Source of the DNA: Camelus dromedarius
Taxonomy: Eukaryota
Reading direction: 5' to 3'
DNA: 64,000 nucleotides
Assembly: GCF_036321535.1 (NCBI RefSeq)
Contig: NC_087437.1
Location: 36,520,001-36,584,000, forward strand
The notes beneath the pieces were generated by a model. That model saw only the letters and a program-made list of their open reading frames with translations. It had not been told where the DNA came from and made no database searches. This document shows, piece by piece, positions 40,376-54,888 of this stretch. How positions within the stretch are numbered: the first letter of the stretch is position 1; each line of letters begins with the position of its first letter. Position numbers and translations under genes: made by a program.

Positions 40376-42019
40376 ATTTCACTTTGGTAATGAGTAGAAA
40401 CTGTTTAGATTCCTAGATGCTTTACATCTGGTTACATTTTTGGTTTAATTATCATAGTTCTCTCTTTGAAAGATACTAATAATGCGCTTACAGATTTCCC
40501 TTTGCCAATTTATCTTTTCTTCCTAATCATGCTTAATATTTTGTTCATTTCATCTTGATTATATATGCTTTTCTTGGTTCTCTTCTTCAAGCCCTTGATA
40601 TATTTTCAGGAATGATTTTTCTCTCTTACGCTTCTGAGTTGGCCTTTGTTTAGTGATAGCTTTATTTTACTCGTCAATATTTTTTCTGGAATTATTTCTT
40701 CCATTTTGTTATTTTGTTATTGCTTGCCTAGGCTTTTTCTGTGTGTCTCACTCATTTGCTTTTATAAAGATAATTGCTTCATTATTGTTTTTTAACATTC
40801 ACAGTGATATGCAGTCTTTCCTCTTTTGTGGCAACATCTTTGAGTTAGTGTTTTTTTCTTTTATATATTTATGGTTTATCCATCCATGGTTATATATATA
40901 CATATATGACTATGGTTATATATAGTTTGATTTCTTTTTAGTTGTTATTCTTCCTTGTAGAAATTTCTCTCTTCCTAGAATATTCAGAAGGTTCATATGA
41001 GGAGTAGCAAGGTATAGATTCTTAGCAGATAACAATTCTCCTCATGACTCAGGATTGACTCTGTGTGTTAGAGACTATTTAGTATTTTTCTTCTGAAAAA
41101 AATCAGATGTCACTGCAGGGTATCTCATAAAACAGTATGTCCTTTACCATATGTTTTTTTTTGTTTTTTAAACAAGCCTAAAATAAGCCAGTTTAGAAAA
41201 AAAAAATACTTTAAGGTCATCATTTTCATCATTGCAGTGGCTGCCCTTCTGGATTTTTCATAACTTTTCAACCAGTCTCCAATTAAATGGTTGTTTCCAG
41301 CATTTTTCTCATGATAAAATATGTGATGATAATAAGTTAATAATTTTCAATGTAACACTATGCATCGAATTAAATATTTATATATTTCCATTCATATATG
41401 CATGTATGCATTTGTGTGTATAGCACATAGAGTGTGTATGTATGTGTATATGTGTGTGTGTATGTGTGTGGTGTATAGTGTGTATGTAGATTCATACATA
41501 CATACGCACAGTATTCTTGGGTACATATTTAATATTAGTGAATGTCTTTTGTAGAGGGATTTAAAAAAATCTAGTATGTGGATACATCTCATTATTTATT
41601 TACTCATATAAATGTTCATTTGTATTGCTTTTAAAAGCTGAATTGGATTTTTAGCGTTTTCTTTTCATTGACAATAGTTCTGTGATTGTCTAGCTCAGGT
41701 ATGTTTATCTAACCATTTAATCTCAAATTTTGCGATTATTCAATGTACCTTAGTAATGATCATGCATACTGTTGTGGGAGAAAGGAAGAAGAAAGTCTAC
41801 CACAAACACAAACGTATGAAAATGCTTTTCAGTGTCTGTGTAAAAAAATCTATGAAAGTATGTTATTTTTCCTAATCGAAAGAGTAACCAGTTAAACATT
41901 TCATGAATATATGTTTACTGTTATAAAGAAGCTGATGAGGAAGACATACCTAGTATTGAAATGACCTAGGAATAAGACAATTTTGAGTGATAATGAGTTC
42001 AAAGTAAAATTTGATTTTT

Positions 42020-42273
42020 TTTCCATTTTATTAGGTAGAATTATCACAACTTGACTGCACATATACATTATATTGCAGGTAAATACATATATACAATATA
42101 CTGCAGTTTTTTTTAGTTTACATATGTGTACTGATCATTGTTTCTAGGAACAGATTAGAGCTTTAGCTTTTTAAACTTACATAGTTATCAAAGGAATATA
42201 ACTAACCACAAAATAAGAATCAACAGATTGCAATAATACAATCATAAAGGACACTCAAATTGTGCTTACACGC
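42020..42273 (-). pseudogene. 5'-truncated retrocopy of an mRNA 3' end (or orphan transduction); parent not identified
   Basis: Exact 15-bp TSD taaaatttgattttt (42005-42019 and 42274-42288); AATAAA plus short polyA; CT/AAAA cut site. Confidence 0.75.
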
Positions 42274-43533
42274 TAAAATTTGATTTTTAGGTCAGGAAAA
42301 ATAAGCAACAAGATAAAGGTTTTGGATATAGAATAGAGGAGATTGTCAGTATTTAAATCTAGGTTTGGATCAGTGTTCATTACAATAGCCAACTAACACA
42401 AATTCCTCTAAGGAAAAGGTAATAAGTGGGTTGATAGAAGAAATGTATTTAAATATATATATGATGTATATATCTCTGTAAATATAAGGGGAAAAAAGGA
42501 TTGCATTTGAAGAAAAGATGTGTGATTTGTTAGATTTATTTGCTAGTCTTTTTATATATTGACTGCTTTCAAAATATATTAAAACAAAGCTGAGTATTTG
42601 AATAAAATAAACATTCACGTGAGTTTACTCAGGCTACTCACTAAGTGGTCTTATCTATTACCTCTAAAATTCCTTCACTGAAACGTATCTCACATGAATA
42701 GAAGAGTGGTTTCTATGGGGTATTGGTGCCTGTTTTTTTTTATTGTAACCAAAACCCAAATAGGTCAGTGTTTTTATGCAAGCCCGTTTCAGTATCACCA
42801 TGGAAACCTCACTCCATCAGTGAAATAATGAATTGATAATGAAGATAACAAATGGATCTAACAAAGACAAGGAGAGATAAATCCAAGGGGTGATTTGAGG
42901 GAGAGAACATAGCAACAATCAAAATACCACATCATTTATGTGCAGTGATGGTACAAATTATGCACAATTCTAACATTAAGATATTATATTTGAGTGTGGC
43001 TGGTCTTGGAATTGATTTGTGAGGTTCCTTGCATGACTTAAAATAGAGTTTTATTACCTCTTTGGTTTTCTGTCTCGAACTTTGAGGTCTTAGTAGTTAA
43101 ATAAAGCAAAACAATTATATGACATAACACTTCTCGTAGATCCCAAGTCACTTCTATTTCCATTGGTGGAATTTGTAAACTGTACATGGCTGAAACATGT
43201 TCAGAACAGCAAAACTTGATAAGATCAGTAATATGCCATGGTAATTCTTTAGTGTGTATCAGAATAAATAATACTTGATTAGAGTTAACATAATGATCAA
43301 ATTAACCTAGCTAAGACACTAATGAAATATATTGGCCAGTTTAGTGAAAAATAGGAGGTAAGGTAGGCATATGGATTGTTCTATTTCAACAGTTAAAGTA
43401 TCTTATTATTATTTGTTTGTTCCCATCTCACTCTTACTATCTGCCATTTCATCTGAAGACTGACTTTCCATTATACTTACAAGATTTTTGCTGAGTGCCC
43501 CTAGATCATCATTTACTCTTTCGTACTAAAAGG

Positions 43534-43694
43534 TAAGATTGCCAGATGAAATACAAAACACCCAGTTAAATTTGCATTTCTAATAAACAGCAACATTTTT
43601 TAGCATAAGTATGTCCTATACAAAATTTAGTATTTGTCTAAAATTCAGATTTTACTGGCCATCTGTATTTTATTTGCTAAATCTGTCGATCTTA
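43534..43694. mobile_element. MER53 (hAT MITE)
   Basis: ttgccagatgaaatacaaaacacccagttaaatttg and palindromic arms. Confidence 0.85.
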
Positions 43695-44665
43695 CTACCA
43701 GATGAATGAAACAATATAATTTTGCTTTGAGAAACTCTTAAAAAATGAGGAAGCTTCTTTTCAGAAGTTCCCACAAAACATCTTCTCATGTCTCATTTTC
43801 TCAATTTTGTCATCTCTCCATACCTGAGATAATAATTGTCAGGGGATGAGACTTTGCTGGTTCTATTTATCTTAGCCTCAGCTGCCTGTTACACAAAATT
43901 TCTGGAGAAACATAACTAGAATACAACAAAAAATTGAGTAGTTATGAAGAGAAGGGTACTGACTAACTACTGAGGAAGCAACAACAAGAGTTATATTCTA
44001 AAACATAATGACAGGGACAATATGGCATAGTTTTAATAATGTGGGGCTTGAAGCCACATTATATGGATTTTCTCCATATTAGTGATGTAGCCAAGTTGCT
44101 TGACCTCTTTGTGCATCAGTTACCCCATTTGTGAAATGGACATTATAATATACTTTTAACAGTTTTTACTTAATGAATATAAAGTATTTAAACAATAGTT
44201 TGCATTTAGAAAACCCTTATCTTATGATAAGAAGCATGAGGAAAATGTACCTCTAAATGATATAGCAGAAAGTCTACAAATTAGTTCTTATTAATTCATG
44301 AATGTCCATAATTTAGAACTTGTTGAAGACTACTCTTCTAACTTTTTATATAAGTCTATTTCTTGAATATTTGATTGTAAGGATTTGTATTGGAGGAGCA
44401 GACATTAATTTAGATAATAATTGCAATTTAGTACTCAATTGCATAATTTTTTTTATTGTGGCAAGCACAGTTAATATGACTACCCACTTAAATTTTTATA
44501 TGCACAATACAGTATTGTTAAGTATAGGCACTATGTTATAGAGCAGATCTCTAGAACTTCATCTTTTTGCATAATTAAAACTTTATACCTGTTGAATAAC
44601 AGCACCATAACATACAGTTCTTAGGTACCTAGTAGAGTCTAAAAATTTACTCTAATCTGAGATAT

Positions 44666-44988
44666 TATCTTAGGCCATTAAGAATGCTGTAACAAAATAC
44701 CTTATAAGCAACAGAAATTTATTCTTCACAGTTCTGGAGACTGGGAAGGTCAATATGAGGAAGCTGGCAATTCAGTGTTTGCTTAAAGCCTGCTTCCTTA
44801 GAAGGCTGTATTTTTGCTTTAACCACACTGCATGGAAGGGAACACTGGAGCTCTCTGGTACCTCTTTTATAAGGGCACTAATCCCATTCTTAGTTACCTC
44901 CCAAAGGCTGCACTTCCAAATGCCCTCACATTAGCATTTGAGTTTTAACATATGAATTTAGGGGAACATAAATATAAAATGTATAGCA
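44666..44988 (-). mobile_element. MLT1A-like MaLR LTR
   Basis: 5-bp TSD GATAT (44661-44665 and 44989-44993); typical motifs. Confidence 0.85.
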
Positions 44989-47911
44989 GATATTAACAGA
45001 AAGTTGTTTCTTCATTTATTTCTAGCTCGTCTATTATTCTACATGAGCTCTCTTCTCTTAACTGGTTTTCAGTGGCAGGCATACGATGGGAGTATTTGGG
45101 GAACGTTGGAAGAGTAAAGCAAAAATCCACTAGATTTATTTTAATGTTTTGTATACAATTTCTGCTCAGAAAATACAAGCAAATTTCTATGACTTACAAA
45201 ATCCATTTCCTCAACCTGGCCCCGTGTTTATGGAGTGGAATATTTGAAAAAGACTGTTGTGATAGAAAGGAAATGTGTCAATGAAGAAAATACGGTGTCT
45301 TCAAATCTGTAAGATGTCCTCTAGGACTGGTGTGCTCTGAAATGTGTTTGGTTCAATCCCATCCCTGAGCGTTCAGCTAGTAGGTATGTCTGATGTTTGT
45401 GGCTTGATTATCTTGAATCTCATTTCTCTTTTACATTAATCTAGGCTCGTGGTCCTTATTAGTAACCCTTTCTTCATTATTCTTTGGCCCTTATTTCTGA
45501 ATGCCTGCCACATTCTATACTTGGATTGTTGCTGGAGTTGTCTTCAGCCTCCCTTTCACAGTGACCTTTACCTTTCTAGCTATATCACATTTATAGAAGT
45601 CTTCTTAGCTCTCTGTTTAGTTACTTCTAACCAAACTGAGTCTCTAAAAAGCATGTGGAGATTTCTGGGTCTCACCACACTAAACAGAGACTGAAAGATA
45701 CTCAACAGTGCCAACTAATCCCTCTTGCTAAACAGCAACGCTGATCTCTCTTTTCTTTACTGGAGCGGGGTGATTTTGGAGAATAGCACTGTGTGGAGTG
45801 TCTCCTTCCTAAATCTCAAATACAATATGTCTAAAGATGTATAAAATGCATTTACTCCCAGGTTTGAAATCTGTGCAAGTCAGATTAAGACATCTGCATA
45901 GATTCTTGCTTTTTTATCTGTGGCTCTCTCCTGTACAACCCCTGGGACTAGAAAAGGTGTTGTTTCTTTTTACTGCCTGGTTGGGAATTCCCTTAGGTTG
46001 AACTCTTCGATCAGGTCCTCAAGGCCTAGCTCTTGATATGATAAATGCAAATAATAAGGAATATTGAAAATAGTTTATTTTTCATAAAGCTTTGTATTTA
46101 AAAGCTAAGTAATTTTGTATTTTTTTTTCCATTTTGAAAAACATGCTAATCATGCATATAATTAGTGGCTTCTTTACAATATTTAAGACTACAAAAGATA
46201 AGTTCAGTATTAATATGCATATACATATATGTATGTATTTCAAGATATTCCTCAGGTACATAGATATATAAACAAAGCAGAATTCTCAGCTGCTGCACAT
46301 TTTTTTTTAGAGAAGATAATAATCATATTTGAAGGAAAATTTGTCAAATATGCTAAAAAAGGAAAAATGTTTTAGAAGCTTCTATTGGCAAGTAAATGGA
46401 GGTAATCCTTAATGGCACATTTCCCTTATGCAGTATCCCTAATGATCACTTTGATGGACTTTAGAAGGATTTTTTTAAAGAGAATGTTTCCACAGACTTT
46501 ATTAGAATCTCAAAGTAGCTTTAAAAAAAAAAAAAAAGGGCAAAAAAAAGGATTTATAAACTCTAAATTGCTTACTCTTTGAAGTCACAATACAAAGGGT
46601 AAGTTTGGGGAAATTGCTATAGAATATCCATATTTTATGTCACTCCTATGAAAGATGGTCAGTCTTTTGGTTATAAAAAGGAATGGGAACTTAGAATTAT
46701 AAGGAAAAAAAAGAAATACAAGGATGAAAAAAAAAACCTTAGCCACAAACTCTATGTCAAATATTATACTATATTTTGTATTTGAAATTTTATTATCAGA
46801 GTTTTAATTTTGATTTTTGGATGAGAAGACCTCTTTTCAAAAACTATTTCTGCCCCTTATTATCAGAGATAAGTCACATACTCTTTCTTAGTGTCAATAC
46901 CTACATTTGTAAAATGGCCCAGATAGACAGTGTATAAGATATATGGAAGCAATGTTTTATTTTTGGAAAAATAATTTGCATTATATGTATTAATATTAAG
47001 GATATCCTCATCTGAAAAAGCACTCTGTAGAGACAAAAATGTTAGATATTTTTGTTAACTGATAAAAAACAAGTTAGCAAATTCTTTTATTAAAAAAAAC
47101 AGAATATCAAATATAAAATGATAAACATGTTATCTGTGTTATAGTACAGAAATATGACTGTTTGACAGAGTATACTAAGAATCAGCTCATTTTCCTGACA
47201 GTGGCATTAGATTGTAACAGATATGGATATGTTGGATATGTATGACATGGAGTATCTTAAAGGTGATGGCATTTTAAATGGTTTTCCAAAATTGAAAATA
47301 ATTTATTTTAAAAGGTATAACTTATTTTCAGTACTAGGTCAACCAAATGTGTACTATCATTCATTGTCTTCCTAAGATGACTTGAGTATGCTTGTTATAT
47401 TTAATTTTTTGTCACTAGATGGCATACTAATTTAAACATAAAGAATCTGTGAAGTTGATGAGATTAAATTAATGCAAATAAACACAAGTGTGTAAACTGT
47501 CAGAGAATACCATCAAATTCAAGTAACAATAACAATGAAAATATTATGACTCATTATGTAAGGCTTTGTTTCAAGGTTATTTTTGTCACGACAATTTAAT
47601 GATAGCAAGGTTGAAAACACAATTTCATTTTTATATGGATACAACGTACAAATATCATTAAACTTATTATATAGTAAATTTAGAAGACTGTCAAATTGAA
47701 ATAAATATCAAATGAATGAAAATAATTTGGTATTAACACATTCCAACTTAAGAAAGAGGGAAAATATATTTGTAGCATTTAGTGAATATCTGCATTACAT
47801 GTAACTCACATGTGTAATTAATTTAAAAATAGTACTAGAAAGATTTTTTAAAATTCTAATTTACTCTAACACACATTGTTTTCTGTCACTGTCATCAAAG
47901 GGAAAGAGGTG

Positions 47912-50150
47912 AGAGCTGGTTTTTGATTATTTACTGCTGCAAATAAGCTACCCTAAATAGTAAGTTTTCAAACAGCAATTTGTTTGCCATTGATTTTTTT
48001 TTTTTTTTTTTTTTTTAATTTGAGCACTGCTCAGTGGGACCTGCACATCTCTGTTCTTTGTGGAGTAACCTGACAAGGGCTAGAAACTGTAAATGCAAGT
48101 GGCTGGTTGTTGGCTGAATGCTCAGCTGGTACTATCATCTGGGGCCTAAATTCTCTTCCCCATGGCTACCTTGGCTTTTTCCCATAGCGTAGCAGGCTAA
48201 ATGTCAAGAGAGAAGACAAACAGACATGCCATATGATCCAGCAATCCCACTCCTGGGCATATATCCAGAGGGAACTTGAATTCAAAAAGAAACATGCACC
48301 CGATGTTCATAGCAGAACAATTTACACTAGCGAAGACATGGAAACAACCTAAATGACCATCAGCAGATGACTGGATAAAAGAGCTGTGGTATATTTATAT
48401 GGTAGAATACTACTCAACCATAAAAAAGAATAAAATAATGTCATTTGCAGCAACATGGGTAGACCAGAAAATTGTCATTCTAAGTGAAGTAAGCCAGAAA
48501 GAGAAAGAATGATACCATATGATATCACTCATATATAGAATCTTAAAAAAAAAGGACACAAATGAACTTATTTACAAAACAGAAACAGACTCACAGACAT
48601 TGAAAATAAACTTACAACTACCAGAGATAAAGGGAGTAGGAAGGGATAAATTGGAGTTCCAAGATTTGCAGATAGTAACTACTATATATAAAATACGTAA
48701 ACAACAAGTTTCTTCTGTATAGCACAGGGAACTATATTCAATATCTTATAGTAACCTAAAAAAAGAATAATATGGAAATGAATATATGTATGTATATGTA
48801 TGTATATCTATGACTAAAACATTATGCTGTAACCAGAAATTGACACAACATTGTAAACTGACTATACTTCAATAAAAAGATAAGAGTAACAATTTTGAAA
48901 AGAGAGAGAGAGGCAAAGAACTTGATAGTCCACTTAAAAACTGGCAGAGTCACTTCCACTGCATTCTATTGAACTGTCCTCGATCCAGTTACACAGTTCA
49001 GGTTCAAGAGGGTAGAGAAATAGATTACACATTTCTTTGAGAGGAGTGACAAAGAATCTACACTTATCATTAATTAATCTGCAACATTCCACCCTCTAGC
49101 CACAATTACTTATGTAACTCTCACACAAAATACCCTTCCTCCCTATAAGACACAAAAGATTTATCTCAATAATCATCATACTCAAAACCAGAAATATTTC
49201 CTGTGTATCAGGAGATGCAGGTGCAGAGGTTGTTTTTAAAGTGAGATTTCCATTGATCTAAAAAATATGTAGCAGAATTCAAAGTGTTGTGCCCTCCATA
49301 TACCCAAATAAAATGATGGGTAGGGAAAGTACAATGTACACTTACTTTTACAAATAGAGGGAAATGGGAGGCACATAGAAGTCATTAGTTCAGAGCAATT
49401 CTGAAATCTCTGGTTTTCATTGCCAGTTCCTTGATTAGCTTTCAGTCCTGTGCCCCAGGAATGATTTTCTGTGACTCCTGGTTTTACTCTCTGAGCTCTT
49501 GGCTCTGCCTTTTCCCATTAGAAATATTCCAAATTTGCAGCTGCATAACTTTTCAGTTTGGATCCTGTTCATGGACGTTTAAGAGTGTAGGGGCCACTCT
49601 TCATTTTAAACTGTCCCTGTCCCTTTCAGTCCAGTGGATTAATCTTTTGAAAATGTTGTGAGTTCCTTTTATTCAATTTATAGTCAACTCAATGAGACAA
49701 AATGTGAAACAAGCCCACACGTCTTTCCAAGGAAGTCCTTTCCCTACCTTAGGTCATCTTTGAGGCAGCTTTTGGACAACACTCTTATGAGGCTGTTGTT
49801 TTAAGATACTAAGTTTTCGGGTGGCTTGTTATGCAACAATATGCAGCTGCAACAAAATTTGGTTTTAGAAACAGTATATTACTGAAACAAAAACCTAAAA
49901 CTTGTGGAATTACCTTTGAATCTGAATGTTAGGAATATTGGTGAAGGCTGGAAGGACAATGATACTGTTATTGAGTAAAAGAGAAAGGTGAAATAATGCT
50001 TGTCAATTCTGTTACTTTAGATGTTCTGGAAAGTAGAAATGATATCTAATTAACTTGTGGATGTGGCCTCGGAGGATTCCAGGAAGAATGCTGCAGGTAC
50101 TAAATGGCTTCTTTGGGCTTGTTATGATAAAGTACAAAGCTGTGAATTGC
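47912..50150. mobile_element. Old MaLR LTR and internal fragments, interrupted by L1
   Basis: MLT1-like motifs on both sides of the L1; edges approximate. Confidence 0.6.
48221..48900 (+). mobile_element. 5'-truncated L1 3' end
   Basis: ccatatgatccagcaatcccactcctggg...tatacttcaataaaaaa. Confidence 0.92.
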
Positions 50151-52939
50151 AAGGTGTAAAGTTGTCTAGCTGCGTGAGTCTGTGAGGCATGCCCTTAAAT
50201 CTTCCTGAGGTGTAAGAAAAGGGTTTTACAAGATTCACCACTGATATTTTTGATTCAGAGGCCACCTTACTGGATTTAAAGTCACACTAGATTAAATCTA
50301 TTACGTACAGCCACTTAGTACCTTGATCACTTAAAGGCTTGGAATGAGATAGTTTTAGTTTCAAACACAGGTCTGCTCCTTTATCTTTCCTTTAAATTCT
50401 GCCTAAACCTGAAGAGTTAATTTAAGCTCATCTCGTAGCTTTGCACTTTCATAGGGGGAAAAATAAGTTTGTGAATGATAGATATGTTAATTAGCTTGAT
50501 TGTGGTAATCATTTCACAGTGTATACATATATATATTCATCCCATCATTGTGTTGTACATTTAAAATATATAAATATAATTTTTATTTATTAATTATAGC
50601 ACAATAAAACTGGAAGATATATCAGCCCTCTCTTTCCCTATTTCCCTATATGTCACGTATTATATTCTTGTATTTAGATATAACCTAGTCTATAAAGGAA
50701 TCTCAAAAGTAGTATATGCTTAAAATGTTATTTGTATTTCCTATCCAGCTGTTCTGCGTCATACCCTCATTCTTCATTCCTTGAATAATATCCTTGACAC
50801 TTTCTATACCTTTCTGGTCACTTTTGTTTATGAAAAGTCAAGTCTGGTTTAAAACTTCAATCTCACACTTATTTTGAAAATTTGTATCTTTCCTTCCTTC
50901 AAATGCAGATTTTAAGCCATACTTCTCTAGTTTAATAGTGATAGAAGTTAGGGAGAAAAAAGGCAAAAATCTGACTTTGTGACAGCAGCTAATCCCATCT
51001 TTAAGGCCAGTCTCCTTTATTGCTGGAGATACGGAGTGGGAAGGAACAGGAAGATCTTACGAAAACAGCTGCTGACCATCTTAGAGAGATGTCCCAGGTC
51101 AGGTCAAATGTCCATCTGATTCTATTTGTTGCTGGTGCTCTGTACTGAGTTGGAAAATGCTCTCTCTTCATAGGAGCCACAGATACTAGTGAAATCTTTT
51201 ACAATCTCTAATTAAATTCCAATAGAATGAGCACTATGCTTTTCTTCTTGTTTGTATAACTCTTAGTTACATTTTTCATCTTTGTAGCAGAATTAGGCAC
51301 TAGTCTCTGTGTTCATGGTTGTTTCTAAATATTAGGAGATAATTTCCTTTGTCTCCAGAGAATAATCCTACCAAATCCCCTTTTACTGAAAGCTCTAGCA
51401 TAAATCTTCTGATGTAGCAGCCCATAAAGAAACAAGCTAGCTTTGACAAGGTGATTCGTTTGTTATTGGGTTGGGCGCTTCCCTTCTCAGCTTCACAAGG
51501 AGAATAAAAAGAATCTCATTCTGGCTACTTTACAACACTTTGTTTTATTTTTAGGGATTGATTTGGAGTAAAGGGTAGTCCCTGGTTATTTTGATACTTC
51601 TATGGCCTTTAAATAACTCCAAGTTCACCTGCTGTCCTAATTTTTCGTAGTTCTTTTTACAATGTTGAGAACTTTGAGCAGTAAGTATGTTACTACTCAG
51701 AACATCAAGGTTAAATAAAAAAGATCATATCTTAGAATCTAGGTGTTCTATTCAGTAGAAGTACCAAAGATAATGATAACTAATTGCAATTCTGATTAAT
51801 AATTTAAGTAAATGAGATGAAACAGTGAGGTTTGTAATCTGTGAAGATGAGTCATATTTAACATGATTCTCTTTCATTCCAAAGATGAGAATGTCAGAAT
51901 GCTCAATGCGCCAGGCCTGGAAGAGAGGCAATGGGAGGATGGACAAATGTTTAAATTGTTTTTCTTCCCCTACACTCACCACTACCACTTTTAAAAAATA
52001 CAGGTTTTATAAGTGTTCTGTATACCTTTAATGTTTATGTAGGCTAGGAAGAATTTGCATGCAGATGCCTTTGAAAGGCACTGGAGTGTGGGACCCTGGA
52101 GTAAAACAAGTAAGAATTAGTGAAGAAAAAAAAGAGGTGGACATGTTAAGTATAGTGTTCAAGGTATGAGAAGATCTGGAACCAGGAAAGGGTAGACCAT
52201 TAGAGACACAGCTAACAAATCTACTGCCTTCAAATTTATCTTTCTGCTGTAACTTCACCCTGGGAGGAAGTTACAAGATATGAAAAATATTATTAATCAA
52301 GGAAATTATTTCATGAATGTACTTTGAAGAAGAATATAGGAATACCTAGTTCTTTACAAAGATTAAGCAAGAAGATGTTTGCTTTGTGTGCTTATTTATT
52401 AGTTTGATTTTGGCCTCAGAGAAAGAGATGTAGGAAGGATGGTGACAGGAAGAATAAGAGAAGTATAAACATGTATGGAGAAAGATGATTCAGAGAATTA
52501 CCCACCACCCCTTGATTAACTAAAAACTGATGGCAGTTAAAGAGAATAGTAGTAGCAATAGTTGCAGCAACAGTACTAGTAACAACAAAAACAAAAGTGA
52601 TTGCTTTTGAGAACTTACTATGTTTTAGAAATTTTCAATAGAGGACCTTAGTCTAATAAATTCTATTGAACACTACCTTACTCTGTTGAACACTACCATC
52701 TCTATCAATGTGCTGAAGTGGGTAATAATAGTACATATATTTTACTATAAATTTAGATTTAGAGAATTTACTATCTTCCTTAATGTCACTTACCTAATGA
52801 ATGGTGGCAATAGGAAAAGGACCAAGGAAGTAAATAAATGGTTTAAACTATCTTCACTGCAGTCTGGTCCTTGATGGATTACTATTAAGATTTTTCTTTT
52901 TTCATTGGTCTGCTTTATTTTTCTGATGATGGACTTGAG

Positions 52940-54370
52940 GGCTCTAGTTTCACTCCTCTCATTCTCTCTTACTTCCATTCCAATCAATCTTGACCTCTTA
53001 TCACTCCACTGAATCTGATTGTATCAGTGTCACTAACGATATACAATTTCCTAAATTTAGTGGTCTATTTGCATCCTGGTTTTAATGTGATTTTTCAGAA
53101 GCATTTGACACAGTTCTTTTCTCCTTAGTATCTTTTTTCCCTTGACTTTCAGGACCGAATACTTTATTGGATTTTCTCCCATATACTGGAGTTGTTCTTT
53201 GGCCTCTATTTCTGCACCTTTCTCTTTCTTGACTTTTAAAATTAAAGCGGCCCCAGGCCTATTTCTTAATGAACTAGTCCTCATGGCTTAAATACCACCT
53301 ATGTGCTGACAACTCTCAAATTTATCTCTTTAACCCCTAATTCTTTTATAATTTAAATTATCATGCTTAAAACATACATTCACCACTATCTGATTGTCTT
53401 TTAGATAACTTAAATTTAAATGTTCATGTATAGACTCAGTCATCTTACAAAAACCTGATCTATGTACAAGCTTTACTATTTCAGTGGATAGAGAATTCTT
53501 TCTAGTTTTTCAGGCAAAAAAAAAAATCTTTATTATATCCTAGAATTCATTATTTTTAAAACACTGACTCAAATATATATGAAATTGTGTCAGTTCTCTT
53601 TAAACTGCGTTAAATTCCAAGCACTTCTTTCCATTTCTGCTTTTACCACTCTAGCCTCAGCCACCATCACCTCTTACCTGGATTTCCATAATAGCTTTCT
53701 GAAGAGTTCTCCCTACTGATACTCAAGAGCTTAAACTCCAAATATACAGCTGCCAAAGTGAATCTTTTAGAACATGAATCAGATTACATCACTCTTCAGC
53801 TTAAAACTCTGCATGGCTACTCTTTACATTCGTTGTTAAAGCCAAAGGTAAGATATCTACAAACCCTGTAAGTAGGGTGACCATGTAATACATGATTCAA
53901 ACCAATCAGAGAATGAAAGAAGGAGTTAGAGAACAGTAGACATAAAAAACGTTGTCTTGGGCAACTGGAATGTTTCATCGTCCTGCTGCTAAGGTGCCTC
54001 ACAATTTGCCCCATTACCTTTCTGATCTCTTCTGCCATCACTCTTCTCTGTATTAATTTTGTTCTTATCACATAGGCTTATTTTTGTCTTCCTCAAACAC
54101 CCCATGCAGGCAGGCACACAATACCTCAGAGCCTGTGCTTTCACTCTGTTCTCTCTGCTTTGAATAGTCTTAGCTCGAGAATTCACTAGGCTTGTTCCCT
54201 CTTTCCTTATATTCTTTGCCCAGCTCTTGCCTCTTCTGTGGGTCCTACCCTGACCACCCTATTTAGTACTGAAATCTATCTACCTTTCATTAACATTTCT
54301 AATGTTGTGAATCATATACTCAATAAACTATGTGCCTAACAAGGTGCTGAATATATAGTAAACAATAAAC
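52940..54370 (+). mobile_element. L2
   Basis: L2 motifs (gcatttgacacagtt; catggcttaaataccacctatgtgctgacaactc). Confidence 0.8.
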
Positions 54371-54399
54371 ACTAGTTATCATCATAGTATCATTATCAC

Positions 54400-54888
54400 T
54401 AGATATTCTCTTAAATACAGATAAACATACACATAAAGATAAACATATAAATATAGGTATTTAAAATGGAAATAGATTTATTATTAGGGATTGGCTCATA
54501 TGATTTTGGAGGCTGAGAAGTTTCATGATCTGCCTGAAAACTGGAGGCCCAGGAAAGCCAGAGATGTAGTTCTAATCCAAACTTGAAGACCTAAGAACCA
54601 GGGGAGCCAATGGTTTATGTCTCAATTCAAGTCCAAAGGCCCAAGAACCAGATATGCCAAAGTTTAAGAGCATGAGAAGATGAATGTTCCAGGCTAACAG
54701 GGAGCAAATTCACCTTTCCGTCACCCTTTTATTCTATTCAGGCTTCAGTGTATGGGATGATATCCACCATACTGGTGAGGATGATGCCTTCTGGAAATAC
54801 CTTCACAGACACAGCCAGAAATAATATTTTACCAGCTATGTGGACATTCTTTAGTACAGTTAAGTTGTCACATAAAATTAACCATCAC
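54400..54888 (-). mobile_element. MLT2 (ERVL) LTR
   Basis: Ends aagttgtcacataaaattaaccatcac. Confidence 0.85.
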
